Assembly: GCA_964016885.1 (NCBI GenBank)
Contig: OZ024740.1
Location: 442,246,001 to 442,310,000, forward strand
Length of the DNA: 64,000 bases
DNA from: Eledone cirrhosa
Lineage: Eukaryota
Direction of reading: 5' to 3'
Below, in pieces: positions 38,901 to 53,743 of the stretch (position 1 is the stretch's first letter; each line of letters begins with the position of its first letter). Made by a program: the position numbers and the translations under genes. Below the pieces are notes generated by a model. It searched no databases. It was not told the origin of the DNA and worked only from the letters and a program-made list of their open reading frames with translations.

Positions 38901-41900
38901 GCCTACTACTGTGGGAAAGTTAAACACAGGCTACTACTGTGGGAAAGTTATACACAGCCTACTACTGTGGGAAAGTTATACACTGGCTACTACCGTGGGA
39001 AAGTTATACACAGGCTACTATTGTGGGAAAGTTATACACAGCCTACTACTGTGGGAAAGTTATACACAGGCTACTACCGTGGGAAAGTTATACACAGGCT
39101 ACTATTGTGGGAAAGTTATACACAGCCTACTATTGTGGGAAAGTTATACACAGCCTACTACTGTGGGAAAGTTATACATAGCCTACTACTGTGGGAAAGT
39201 TATACACAGCCTACTATTGTGGGAAAGTTATACACAGCCTACTATTGTGGGAAAGTTATACACAGCCTACTATTGTGGGAAAGTTATACATAGCCTACTA
39301 CTGTGGGAAAGTTATACATAGCCTACTATTGTGGGAAAGTTATACACAGCCTACTATTGTGGGAAAGTTATACACAGGCTACTACTGTGGGAAAGTTATA
39401 CACAGCCTACTACTGTGGGAAAGTTATACACAGCCTACTACTGTGGGAAAGTTATACACAGCCTACTACTGTGGGAAAGTTATACACAGGCTACTACTGT
39501 GGGAAAGTTATACACAGGCTACTATTGTGGGAAAGTTATACACAGCCTACTACTGTGGGAAAGTTATACACAGCCTACTACTGTGGTAAAGTTATACACA
39601 GCCTACTACTGTGGGAAAGTTATACATAGCCTACTATTGTGGGAAAGTTATACACAGGCTACTACTGTGGGAAAGTTATACACAAGCTACTACTGTGGGA
39701 AAGTTATACATAGCCTACTATTGTGGGAAAGTTATACACAGCCTACTACTGTGGGAAAGTTATACATAGCCTACTATTGTGGGGAAGTTATACACAGCCT
39801 ACTACTGTGGGGAAGTTATACACAGCCTACTACTGTGGGAAAGTTATACACAGCCTACTACTGTGGGAAAGTTATACACAGGCTACTATTGTGGGAAAGT
39901 TATACACAGCCTACTATTGTGGGAATGTTATACACAGCCTGCTACTGTGGGAAAGTTATACACAGCCTACTACTGTGGGAAAGTTATACACAGGCTACTA
40001 CTGTGGGAAAGTTATACACAGGCTACTACTGTGGGAAAGTTATACACAGCCTACTACTGTGGGAAAGTTATACACAGGCTACTATTGTGGGAAAGTTATA
40101 CACAGCCTACTACTGTGGGAAAGTTATACACAGCCTACTACTGTGGGAAAGTTATACACAGCCTACTACTGTGGGAAAGTTATACATAGCCTACTATTGT
40201 GGGAAAGTTATACACAGGCTACTACTGTGGGAAAGTTATACACAGGCTACTATTGTGGGAAAGTTATACATAGCCTACTACTGTGGGAAAGTTATACACA
40301 GCCTACTACTGTGGGAAAGTTATACACAGGCTACTACCGTGGGAAAGTTATACACAGGCTACTATTGTGGGAAAGTTATACACAGCCTACTACTGTGGGA
40401 AAGTTATACACAGCCTACTACTGTGGGAAAGTTATACACAGCCTACTACTGTGGGAAAGTTATACATAGCCTACTATTGTGGGAAAGTTATACACAGGCT
40501 ACTACTGTGGGAAAGTTATACACAGGCTACTACTGTGGAAAAGTTATAAACAGGCTACTATTGTGGGAAAGTTATACACAGCCTACTACTGTGGGAAAGT
40601 TATTCACAGCCTACTACTGTGGGAAAGTAATACATAGTCTACTACTGTGGGAAAGTTATACACAGCCTACTATTGTGGGAAAGTTATACACAGCCTACTA
40701 TTGTGGGAAAGTTATACACAGGCTACTACTGTGGGAAAGTTATAGACAGCCTACTATTGTGGGAGAGTTATACACAGCCTACTACTGTGGGAAAGTTATA
40801 CACAGCCTACTACTGTGGGAAAGTTATACACAGCCTACTATTGTGGGAAAGTTATACACAGCCTACTACTGTGGGAAAGCTATAAACAGGCTACTACTTT
40901 GGGTAAGTAATACACAGCCTACTACTGCGGGAAAGTTATACACAGGCTACTATTGTGGGAAAGTTATACATAGCCTACTACTGTGGGAAAGTTATACACA
41001 GCCTACTACTGTGGGAAAGTTATACACAGGCTACTACTGTGGGAAAGTTATACACAGGCTACTATTGTGGGAAAGTTTTACACAGCCTACTACTGTGGGA
41101 AAGTTATACACAGCCTACTACTGTGGTAAAGTTATACACAGCCTACTACTGTGGGAAAGTTATACATAGCCTACTATTGTGGGAAAGTTATACACAGGCT
41201 ACTACTGTGGGAAAGTTATACACAAGCTACTACTGTGGGAAAGTTATACATAGCCTACTATTGTGGGAAAGTTATACACAGCCTACTACTGTGGGAAAGT
41301 TATACATAGCCTACTATTGTGGGAAAGATATACACAGCCTACTACTGTGGGGAAGTTATACACAGCCTACTACTGTGGGAAAGTTATACACAGCCTACTA
41401 CTGTGGGAAAGTTATACACAGGCTACTATTGTGGGAAAGTTATACACAGCCTACTATTGTGGGAATGTTATACACAGCCTGCTACTGTGGGAAAGTTATA
41501 CACAGCCTACTACTGTGGGAAAGTTATACACAGGCTACTACTGTGGGAAAGTTATACACAGGCTACTACTGTGGGAAAGTTATACACAGCCTACTACTGT
41601 GGGAAAGTTATACACAGGCTACTATTGTGGGAAAGTTATACACAGCCTACTACTGTGGGAAAGTTATACACAGCCTACTACTGTGGGAAAGTTATACACA
41701 GCCTACTACTGTGGGAAAGTTATACATAGCCTACTATTGTGGGAAAGTTATACACAGGCTACTACTGTGGGAAAGTTATACACAGGCTACTATTGTGGGA
41801 AAGTTATACATAGCCTACTACTGTGGGAAAGTTATACACAGCCTACTACTGTGGGAAAGTTATACACAGGCTACTACCGTGGGAAAGTTATACACAGGCT

Positions 41901-44900
41901 ACTATTGTGGGAAAGTTATACACAGCCTACTACTGTGGGAAAGTTATACACAGCCTACTACTGTGGGAAAGTTATACACAGCCTACTACTGTGGGAAAGT
42001 TATACATAGCCTACTATTGTGGGAAAGTTATACACAGGCTACTACTGTGGGAAAGTTATACACAGGCTACTACTGTGGAAAAGTTATAAACAGGCTACTA
42101 TTGTGGGAAAGTTATACACAGCCTACTACTGTGGGAAAGTTATTCACAGCCTACTACTGTGGGAAAGTAATACATAGTCTACTACTGTGGGAAAGTTATA
42201 CACAGCCTACTATTGTGGGAAAGTTATACACAGCCTACTATTGTGGGAAAGTTATACACAGGCTACTACTGTGGGAAAGTTATACACAGCCTACTATTGT
42301 GGGAGAGTTATACACAGCCTACTACTGTGGGAAAGTTATACACAGCCTACTACTGTGGGAAAGTTATACACAGCCTACTATTGTGGGAAAGTTATACACA
42401 GCCTACTACTGTGGGAAAGCTATAAACAGGCTACTACTTTGGGTAAGTAATACACAGCCTACTACTGCGGGAAAGTTATACACAGGCTACTATTGTGGGA
42501 AAGTTATACATAGCCTACTACTGTGGGAAAGTTATACACAGCCTACTACTGTGGGAAAGTTATACACAGGCTACTACCGTGGGAAAGTTATACACAGGCT
42601 ACTATTGTGGGAAAGTTATACACAGCCTACTACTGTGGGAAAGTTATACACAGGCTACTACTGTGGGAAAGTTATACATAGCCTACTATTGTGGGAAAGT
42701 TATACACAGCCTACTACTGTGGGAAAGTTATACATAGCCTACTATTGTGGGAAAGTTATACACAGCCTACTACTGTGGGAAGGTTATACACAGCCTACTA
42801 CTGTGGGAATGTTATACACAGCCTGCTACTGTGGGAAAGTTATACACAGGCTACTATTGTGGGAAAGTTATACACAGCCTACTACTGTGGGAAAGTTATA
42901 CACAGCCTACTACTGTGGGAAAGTTATACACAGCCTACTACTGTGGGAAAGTTATACACAGCCTACTACTGTGGGAAAGTTATACACAGGCTACTACTGT
43001 GGGAAAGTTATACACAGGCTACTATTGTGGGAAAGTTATACACAGCCTACTATTGTGGGAAAGTTATACATAGCCTACTATTGTGGGAAAGTTATACACA
43101 GCCTACTACTGTGGGAAAGTTATACACAGCCTACTACTGTGGGAAAGTTATACACAACCTACTACTGTGGGAAAGTTATACACAGCCTACTATTGTGGGA
43201 AAGTTATACACAGCCTACTATTGTGGGAAAGTTATACACAGGCTACTACCGTGGGAAAGTTATACACAGCCTACTACTGTGGGAAAGTTATACACAGGCT
43301 ACTACTGTGGGAAAGTTATACACAGGCTACTACTGCGGGAAAGTTATACACAGGCTACTATTGTGGGAAGGTTATACACAGGCTACTACTGTGGGAAAGT
43401 TATACACAGGCTACTACTGTGGGAAAGTTATACACAGGCTACTACTGTGGGAAAGTTATACACAGGCTACTATTGTGGGAAAGTTATACACAGCCTACTA
43501 TTGTGGGAAGGTTATACACAGGCTACTACTGTGGGAAAGTTATACACAGGCTACTATTGTGGGAAAGTTATACACAGGCTACTACCGTGGGAAAGTTATA
43601 CACAGGCTACTATTGTGGGAAAGTTATACATAGCCTATTACTGTGGGAAAGTTATACACAGGCTACTACTGTGGGAAAGTTATACACAGCCTACTACTGT
43701 GGGAAAGTTATACACTGGCTACTACCGTGGGAAAGTTATACACAGGCTACTATTGTGGGAATGTTATACACAGCCTACTACTGTGGGAAAGTTATACACA
43801 GGCTACTACCGTGGGAAAGTTATACACAGGCTACTATTGTGGGAAAGTTATACACAGCCTACTATTGTGGGAAAGTTATACACAGCCTACTACTGTGGGA
43901 AAGTTATACATAGCCTACTACTGTGGGAAAGTTATACACAGCCTACTATTGTGGGAAAGTTATACACAGCCTACTATTGTGGGAAAGTTATACACAGCCT
44001 ACTATTGTGGGAAAGTTATACATAGCCTACTACTGTGGGAAAGTTATACATAGCCTACTATTGTGGGAAAGTTATACACAGCCTACTATTGTGGGAAAGT
44101 TATACACAGGCTACTACCGTGGGAAAGTTATACACAGCCTACTACTGTGGGAAAGTTATACACAGCCTACTACTGTGGGAAAGTTATACACAGCCTACTA
44201 CTGTGGGAAAGTTATACACAGGCTACTACTGTGGGAAAGTTATACACAGGCTACTATTGTGGGAAAGTTATACACAGCCTACTACTGTGGGAAAGTTATA
44301 CACAGCCTACTACTGTGGTAAAGTTATACACAGCCTACTACTGTGGGAAAGTTATACATAGCCTACTATTGTGGGAAAGTTATACACAGGCTAATACTGT
44401 GGGAAAGTTATACACAAGCTACTACTGTGCGAAAGTTATACATAGCCTACTATTGTGGGAAAGTTATACACAGCCTACTACTGTGGGAAAGTTATACATA
44501 GCCTACTATTGTGGGAAAGTTATACACAGCCTACTACTGTGGGGAAGTTATACACAGCCTACTACTGTGGGAAAGTTATACACAGCCTACTACTGTGGGA
44601 AAGTTATACACAGGCTACTATTGTGGGAAAGTTATACACAGCCTACTATTGTGGGAATGTTATACACAGCCTGCTACTGTGGGAAAGTTATACACAGCCT
44701 ACTACTGTGGGAAAGTTATACACAGCCTACTACTGTGGGAAAGTTATACACAGGCTACTACTGTGGGAAAGTTATACACAGGCTACTACTGTGGGAAAGT
44801 TATACACAGCCTACTACTGTGGGAAAGTTATACACAGGCTACTATTGTGGGAAAGATATACACAGCCTACTATTGTGGGAAAGTTATACATAGCCTACTA

Positions 44901-47900
44901 TTGTGGGAAAGTTATACACAGCCTACTACTGTGGGAAAGTTATACACAGCCTACTACTGTGGGAATGTTATACACAGCCTACTACTGTGGGAAAGTTATA
45001 CACAGCCTACTATTGTGGGAAAGTTATACACAGCCTACTATTGTGGGAAAGTTATACACAGCCTACTATTGTGGGAAAGTTATACATAGCCTACTACTGT
45101 GGGAAAGTTATACATAGCCTACTATTGTGGGAAAGTTATACACAGCCTACTATTGTGGGAAAGTTATACACAGGCTACTACCGTGGGAAAGTTATACACA
45201 GCCTACTACTGTGGGAAAGTTATACACAGCCTACTACTGTGGGAAAGTTATACACAGCCTACTACTGTGGGAAAGTTATACACAGGCTACTACTGTGGGA
45301 AAGTTATACACAGGCTACTATTGTGGGAAAGTTATACACAGCCTACTACTGTGGGAAAGTTATACACAGCCTACTACTGTGGTAAAGTTATACACAGCCT
45401 ACTACTGTGGGAAAGTTATACATAGCCTACTATTGTGGGAAAGTTATACACAGGCTACTACTGTGGGAAAGTTATACACAAGCTACTACTGTGCGAAAGT
45501 TATACATAGCCTACTATTGTGGGAAAGTTATACACAGCCTACTACTGTGGGAAAGTTATACACAGCCTACTACTGTGGGAAAGTTATACACAGCCTACTA
45601 CTGTGGGAAAGTTATACACAGGCTACTACTGTGGGAAAGTTATACACAGGCTACTATTGTGGGAAAGTTATACACAGCCTACTATTTTGGGAAAGTTATA
45701 CATAGCCTACTATTGTGGGAATGTTATACACAGCCTACTACTGTGGGAAAGTTATACACAGCCTACTACTGTGGGAAAGTTATACACAGCCTACTACTGT
45801 GGGAAAGTTATACACAGGCTACTACTGTGGGAAAATTATACACAGGCTACTACTGTGGGAAAGTTATACACAGGCTACTACTGTGGGAAAGTTATACACA
45901 GGCTACTATTGTGGGAAAGTTATACACAGCCTACTATTGTGGGAAAGTTATACATAGCCTACTATTGTGGGAAAGTTATACACAACCTACTACTGTGGGA
46001 AAGTTATACACAGGCAACTATTGTGGGAAAGTTATACATAGCCTACTATTGTGGGAAAGTTATACACAGGCTACTACTGTGGGAAAGTTATAAACAGGCT
46101 ACTATTTTGGGAAAGTTATACACAGCCTACTACTGTGGGAAAGTTATACACAGCCTACTACTGTTTGGAAAGTAATACACAGTCTACTACTGTGGGAAAG
46201 TTATACACAGGCTACTACTGTGGGAAAGTTATACACAGGCAACTACTGTGGGAAAGTTATACACAGCCTACTATTGTGGGAAAGTTATACACAGCCTACT
46301 ACTGTGGGAAAGTTATACACAGCCTACTACTGTGGGAAAGTTATACACAGGCTACTACCGTGGGAAAGTTATACACAGGCTACTATTGTGGGAAAGTTAT
46401 ACACAGCCTACTACTGTGGGAAAGTTATACACAGCCTACTACTGTGGGAAAGTTATACACAGCCTACTACTGTGGGAAAGTTATACATAGCCTACTATTG
46501 TGGGAAAGTTATACACAGGCTACTACTGTGGGAAAGTTATACACAGGCTACTACTGTGGAAAAGTTATAAACAGGCTACTATTGTGGGAAAGTTATACAC
46601 AGCCTACTACTGTGGGAAAGTTATTCACAGCCTACTACTGTGGGAAAGTAATACATAGTCTACTACTGTGGGAAAGTTATACACAGCCTACTATTGTGGG
46701 AAAGTTATACACAGCCTACTATTGTGGGAAAGTTATACACAGGCTACTACTGTGGGAAAGTTATACACAGCCTACTATTGTGGGAGAGTTATACACAGCC
46801 TACTACTGTGGGAAAGTTATACACAGCCTACTACTGTGGGAAAGTTATACACAGCCTACTATTGTGGGAAAGTTATACACAGCCTACTACTGTGGGAAAG
46901 CTATAAACAGGCTACTACTTTGGGTAAGTAATACACAGCCTACTACTGCGGGAAAGTTATACACAGGCTACTATTGTGGGAAAGTTATACATAGCCTACT
47001 ACTGTGGGAAAGTTATACACAGCCTACTACTGTGGGAAAGTTATACACAGGCTACTACTGTGGGAAAGTTATACACAGGCTACTATTGTGGGAAAGTTAT
47101 ACACAGCCTACTACTGTGGGAAAGTTATACACAGCCTACTACTGTGGTAAAGTTATACACAGCCTACTACTGTGGGAAAGTTATACATAGCCTACTATTG
47201 TGGGAAAGTTATACACAGGCTACTACTGTGGGAATGTTATACACAAGCTACTACTGTGGGAAAGTTATACATAGCCTACTATTGTGGGAAAGTTATACAC
47301 AGCCTACTACTGTGGGAAAGTTATACATAGCCTACTATTGTGGGAAAGTTATACACAGCCTACTACTGTGGGGAAGTTATACACAGCCTACTACTGTGGG
47401 AAAGTTATACACAGCCTACTACTGTGGGAAAGTTATACACAGGCTACTATTGTGGGAAAGTTATACACAGCCTACTATTGTGGGAATGTTATACACAGCC
47501 TGCTACTGTGGGAAAGTTATACACAGCCTACTACTGTGGGAAAGTTATACACAGGCTACTACTGTGGGAAAGTTATACACAGGCTACTACTGTGGGAAAG
47601 TTATACACAGCCTACTACTGTGGGAAAGTTATACACAGGCTACTATTGTGGGAAAGTTATACACAGCCTACTACTGTGGGAAAGTTATACACAGCCTACT
47701 ACTGTGGGAAAGTTATACACAGCCTACTACTGTGGGAAAGTTATACATAGCCTACTATTGTGGGAAAGTTATACACAGGCTACTACTGTGGGAAAGTTAT
47801 ACACAGGCTACTATTGTGGGAAAGTTATACATAGCCTACTACTGTGGGAAAGTTATACACAGCCTACTACTGTGGGAAAGTTATACACAGGCTACTACCG

Positions 47901-50900
47901 TGGGAAAGTTATACACAGGCTACTATTGTGGGAAAGTTATACACAGCCTACTACTGTGGGAAAGTTATACACAGCCTACTACTGTGGGAAAGTTATACAC
48001 AGCCTACTACTGTGGGAAAGTTATACATAGCCTACCATTGTGGGAAAGTTATACACAGGCTACTACTGTGGGAAAGTTATACACAGGCTACTACTGTGGA
48101 AAAGTTATAAACAGGCTACTATTGTGGGAAAGTTATACACAGCCTACTACTGTGGGAAAGTTATTCACAGCCTACTACTGTGGGAAAGTAATACATAGTC
48201 TACTACTGTGGGAAAGTTATACACAGCCTACTATTGTGGGAAAGTTATACACAGCCTACTATTGTGGGAAAGTTATACACAGGCTACTACTGTGGGAAAG
48301 TTATACACAGCCTACTATTGTGGGAGAGTTATACACAGCCTACTACTGTGGGAAAGTTATACACAGCCTACTACTGTGGGAAAGTTATACACAGCCTACT
48401 ATTGTGGGAAAGTTATACACAGCCTACTACTGTGGGAAAGCTATAAACAGGCTACTACTTTGGGTAAGTAATACACAGCCTACTACTGCGGGAAAGTTAT
48501 ACACAGGCTACTATTGTGGGAAAGTTATACATAGCCTACTACTGTGGGAAAGTTATACACAGCCTACTACTGTGGGAAAGTTATACACAGGCTACTACCG
48601 TGGGAAAGTTATACACAGGCAACTATTGTGGGAAAGTTATACACAGCCTACTACTGTGGGAAAGTTATACACAGGCTACTACTGTGGGAAAGTTATACAT
48701 AGCCTACTATTGTGGGAAAGTTATACACAGCCTACTACTGTGGGAAAGTTATACATAGCCTACTATTGTGGGAAAGTTATACACAGCCTACTACTGTGGG
48801 AAAGTTATACACAGCCTACTACTGTGGGAATGTTATACACAGCCTGCTACTGTGGGAAAGTTATACACAGGCTACTATTGTGGGAAAGTTATACACAGCC
48901 TACTACTGTGGGAAAGTTATACACAGCCTACTACTGTGGGAAAGTTATACACAGCCTACTACTGTGGGAAAGTTATACACAGCCTACTACTGTGGGAAAG
49001 TTATACACAGGCTACTACTGTGGGAAAGTTATACACAGGCTACTATTGTGGGAAAGTTATACACAGCCTACTATTGTGGGAAAGTTATACATAGCCTACT
49101 ATTGTGGGAAAGTTATACACAGCCTACTACTGTGGGAAAGTTATACACAGCCTACTACTTTGGGAAAGTTATACACAACCTACTACTGTGGGAAAGTTAT
49201 ACACAGCCTACTATTGTGGGAAAGTTATACACAGCCTACTATTGTGGGAAAGTTATACACAGGCTACTACCGTGGGAAAGTTATACACAGCCTACTACTG
49301 TGGGAAAGTTATACACAGGCTACTACTGTGGGAAAGTTATACACAGGCTACTACTGCGGGAAAGTTATACACAGGCTACTATTGTGGGAAGGTTATACAC
49401 AGGCTACTACTGTGGGAAAGTTATACACAGGCTACTACTGTGGGAAAGTTATACACAGGCTACAACTGTGGGAAAGTTATACACAGGCTACTATTGTGGG
49501 AAAGTTATACACAGCCTACTATTGTGGGAAGGTTATACACAGGCTACTACTGTGGGAAAGTTATACACAGGCTACTATTGTGGGAAAGTTATACACAGGC
49601 TACTACCGTGGGAAAGTTATACACAGGCTACTATTGTGGGAAAGTTATACATAGCCTACTACTGTGGGAAAGTTATACACAGGCTACTACTGTGGGAAAG
49701 TTATACACAGCCTACTACTGTGGGAAAGTTATACACTGGCTACTACCGTGGGAAAGTTATACACAGGCTACTATTGTGGGAAAGTTATACACAGCCTACT
49801 ACTGTGGGAAAGTTATACACAGGCTACTACCGTGGGAAAGTTATACACAGGCTACTATTGTGGGAAAGTTATACACAGCCTACTATTGTGGGAAAGTTAT
49901 ACACAGCCTACTACTGTGGGAAAGTTATACATAGCCTACTACTGTGGGAAAGTTATACACAGCCTACTATTGTGGGAAAGTTATACACAGCCTACTATTG
50001 TGGGAAAGTTATACACAGCCTACTATTGTGGGAAAGTTATACATAGCCTACTACTGTGGGAAAGTTATACATAGCCTACTATTGTGGGAAAGTTATACAC
50101 AGCCTACTATTGTGGGAAAGTTATACACAGGCTACTACCGTGGGAAAGTTATACACAGCCTACTACTGTGGGAAAGTTATACACAGCCTACTACTGTGGG
50201 AAAGTTATACACAGCCTACTACTGTGGGAAAGTTATACACAGGCTACTACTGTGGGAAAGTTATACACAGGCTACTATTGTGGGAAAGTTATACACAGCC
50301 TACTACTGTGGGAAAGTTATGCACAGCCTACTACTGTGGTAAAGTTATACACAGCCTACTACTGTGGGAAAGTTATACATAGCCTACTATTGTGGGAAAG
50401 TTATACACAGGCTACTACTGTGGGAAAGTTATACACAAGCTACTACTGTGGGAAAGTTATACATAGCCTACTATTGTGGGAAAGTTATACACAGCCTACT
50501 ACTGTGGGAAAGTTATACATAGCCTACTATTGTGGGAAAGTTATACACAGCCTACTACTGTGGGGAAGTTATACACAGCCTACTACTGTGGGAAAGTTAT
50601 ACACAGCCTACTACTGTGGGAAAGTTATACACAGGCTACTATTGTGGGAAAGTTATACACAGCCTACTATTGTGGGAATGTTATACACAGCCTGCTACTG
50701 TGGGAAAGTTATACACAGCCTACTACTGTGGGAAAGTTATACACAGCCTACTACTGTGGGAAAGTTATACACAGGCTACTACTGTGGGAAAGTTATACAC
50801 AGGCTACTACTGTGGGAAGGTTATACACAGCCTACTACTGTGGGAAAGTTATACACAGGCTACTATTGTGGGAAAGATATACACAGCCTACTATTGTGGG

Positions 50901-52127
50901 AAAGTTATACATAGCCTACTATTGTGGGAAAGTTATACACAGCCTACTACTGTGGGAAAGTTATACACAGCCTACTACTGTGGGAATGTTATACACAGCC
51001 TACTACTGTGGGAAAGTTATACACAGGCTACTATTGTGGGAAAGTTATACACAGCCTACTATTGTGGGAAAGTTATACACAGCCTACTACTGTGAGAAAT
51101 TTATACACAGGCTACTACTGTGGGAAAGTTATACACAGCCTACTACTGTGGGAAAGTTATACACAGCCTACTACTGTGGGAAAGTTATACACAGCCTACT
51201 ACTGTGGGAATGTTATACACAGCCTACTACTGTGGGAAAGTTATACACAGGCTACTATTGTGGGAAAGTTATACACAGCCTACTACTGTGGGAAAGTTAT
51301 ACACAGCCTACTACTGTGGGAAAGTTATACACAGGCTACTATTGTGGGAATGTTATACACAGCCTACTACTGTGGGAAAGTTATACACAGCCTACTACTG
51401 TGGGAAAGTTATACACAGCCTACTACTGTGGGAAAGTTATACACAGCCTACTACTGTGGGAAAGTTATACACAGGCTACTATTGTGGGAAAGTTATACAC
51501 AGCCTACTACTGTGGGAAAGTTATACACAGCCTACTACTGTGGGAAAGTTATACACAGCCTACTACTGTGGGAAAGTTATACACAGGCTACTACTGTGGG
51601 AAAGTTATACACAGGCTACTATTGTGGGAAAGTTATACACAGCCTACTATTGTGGGAAAGTTATACACAGCCTACTATTGTGGGAATGTTATACACAGCC
51701 TACTACTGTGGGAAAGTTATACACAGCCTACTACTGTGGGAAAGTTATACACAGCCTACTACTGTGGGAAAGTTATACACAGGCTACTACTGTGGGAAAG
51801 TTATACACAGGCTACTACTGTGGGAAAGTTATACACAGCCTACTACTGTGGGAAAGTTATACACAGGCTACTATTGTGGGAAAGTTATACACAGCCTACT
51901 ATTGTGGGAAAGTTATACATAGCCTACTATTGTGGGGAAGTTATACACAGCCTACTACTGTGGGAAAGTTATACACAGCCTACTACTGTGGGAATGTTAT
52001 ACACAGCCTACTACTGTGGGAAAGTTATACACAGGCTACTATTGTGGGAAAGTTATACACAGCCTACTATTGTGGGAAAGTTATACACAGCCTACTACTG
52101 TGAGAAAGTTATAAAGAGGCTACTACT
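20941..52127 (+). repeat. 28-bp satellite array, consensus GTGGGAAAGTTATACACAG(C/G)CTACTA(C/T)T, ~1,113 monomers with higher-order repeats
   Basis: Continuous tandem array. The 28-bp register holds at the positions checked, apart from a 1-bp insertion near 46164 (ctgtttggaaag). Confidence 0.98.
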
Positions 52128-52134
52128 TATATAA

Positions 52135-52232
52135 ATATAAGTATGTATGCTAAGAGTGAGAAATGAAATTTCATTTTTTCCATTTATATATATATATATA
52201 TATATATAATTGGATATTTAGTAAAATCTAAT

Positions 52233-52320
<88 letters not shown>

Positions 52321-52553
52321 AAAGAATAGAGGTGTAACACACAAGTTATTATATATTGGTAAACGGAATAGAAAATGCTGACAAATTGTTCACAGTTGAA
52401 AAATGGTTTAATTAGGAATAAAAGAGTATTAGTGATTGTATGGGTTAGTATTCAGTTGTGGTTTTAAGTTTTTAAGTTTTTACCGGTTGCGCATTTCTAA
52501 ATGCTTTTCAAAAATATTTTTGAGATAGAGTGTCCGTGCTGTTTGCTCTGATC
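52135..52553. repeat. Non-satellite interruption: inverted copy of 59288..59392, (TA)n, and a partial copy of the 14294..14505 repeat
   Basis: taagtatgtatgctaagagtgagaaatg is the reverse complement of 59361..59390; aaagaatagaggtgtaacacac...gtttgctct matches 14293 onward. Confidence 0.8.
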
Positions 52554-52973
52554 AGTTATACACAGCCTACTATTGTGGGAAAGTTATACACAGCCTACTA
52601 TTGTGGGAAAGTTATACACAGGCTACTACTGTGGGAATGTTATACACAGCCTACTACTGTGGGAAAGTTATACACAGCCTACTATTGTGGGAAAGTTATA
52701 CACAGCCTACTACTGTGGGAAAGTTATACACAGCCTACTACTGTGGGAAAGTTATACACAGCCTACTATTGTGGGAAAGTTATACACAGGCTACTATTGT
52801 GGGAAAGTTATACACAGCCTACTACTGTGGGAAAGTTATACACAGCCTACTACTGTGGGAAAGTTATACACAGCCTACTATTGTGGGAAAGTTATACACA
52901 GCCCACTACTGTGGGAAAGTTATACACAGCCCACTACTGTGGGAAAGTTATACACAGGCTACTATTGTGGGAA
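52554..52973 (+). repeat. Second block of the 28-bp satellite (~15 monomers)
   Basis: Same monomer and orientation as the main array. Confidence 0.97.
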
Positions 52974-53023
52974 CCAACTCACAGGAGACACAACATAGGA
53001 AGGCATTCTCAACCTTCATCGAT

Positions 53024-53743
53024 CAACTCTCAGACGACACAAACCTCAGTAGGGAGCAGGTACCAACTCTCAGACGACACAAACCACAGTAGGGAGCAGG
53101 TACCAACTCTCAGACGACACAAACCTCAGTAGCGAGCAGGTACCAACTCTCAGACGACACAAACCGCAGTAGGGAGCAGGTACCAACTCTCAGACGACAC
53201 AAACCTCATTAGGGAGCAGGTACCAACTCTCAGACGACACAAACCTCATTAGGGAGCAGGTACCAACTCTCAGACGACACAAACCTCAGTAGCGAGCAGG
53301 TACCAACTCTCAGACGACACAAACCTCAGTAGGGAGCAGGTACCAACTCTCAGACGACACAAACCTCATTAGGGAGCAGGTACCAACTCTCAGACGACAC
53401 AAACCTCATTAGGGAGCAGGTACCAACTCTCAGACGACACAAACCTCAGTAGCGAGCAGGTACCAACTCTCAGACGACACAAACCTCAGTAGGGAGCAGG
53501 TACCAACTCTCAGACGACACAAACCTCAGTAGGGAGCAGGTACCAACTCTCAGACGACACAAACCTCATTAGGGAGCAGGTACCAACTCTCAGACGACAC
53601 AAACCTCAGTAGCGAGCAGGTACCAACTCTCAGACGACACAAACCTCAGTAGGGAGCAGGTACCAACTCTCAGACGACACAAACCTCAGTAGGGAGCAGG
53701 TACCAACTCTCAGACGACACAAACCTCAGTAGGGAGCAGTTAC
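53024..53743 (+). repeat. 40-bp minisatellite, 18 copies, CAACTCTCAGACGACACAAACCTCAGTAGGGAGCAGGTAC
   Basis: Head-to-tail units with only point variants and no spacers. Confidence 0.97.

Noticed and set aside
20842-52134. Dozens of long + strand ORFs (up to 892 aa) of the 28-aa repeat GKLYTAYYCGKVIHSLLLWESYTQPTTV
   Set aside because: Artefact of a stop-free 28-bp monomer cycling through all three frames. The TAG-creating variant (cacag to catag) is common, so there is no sign of coding selection.
20941-53743. CRISPR-like arrays (28-bp and 40-bp repeats)
   Set aside because: Units are head-to-tail with no unique spacers, no cas genes are present, and the context is eukaryotic.
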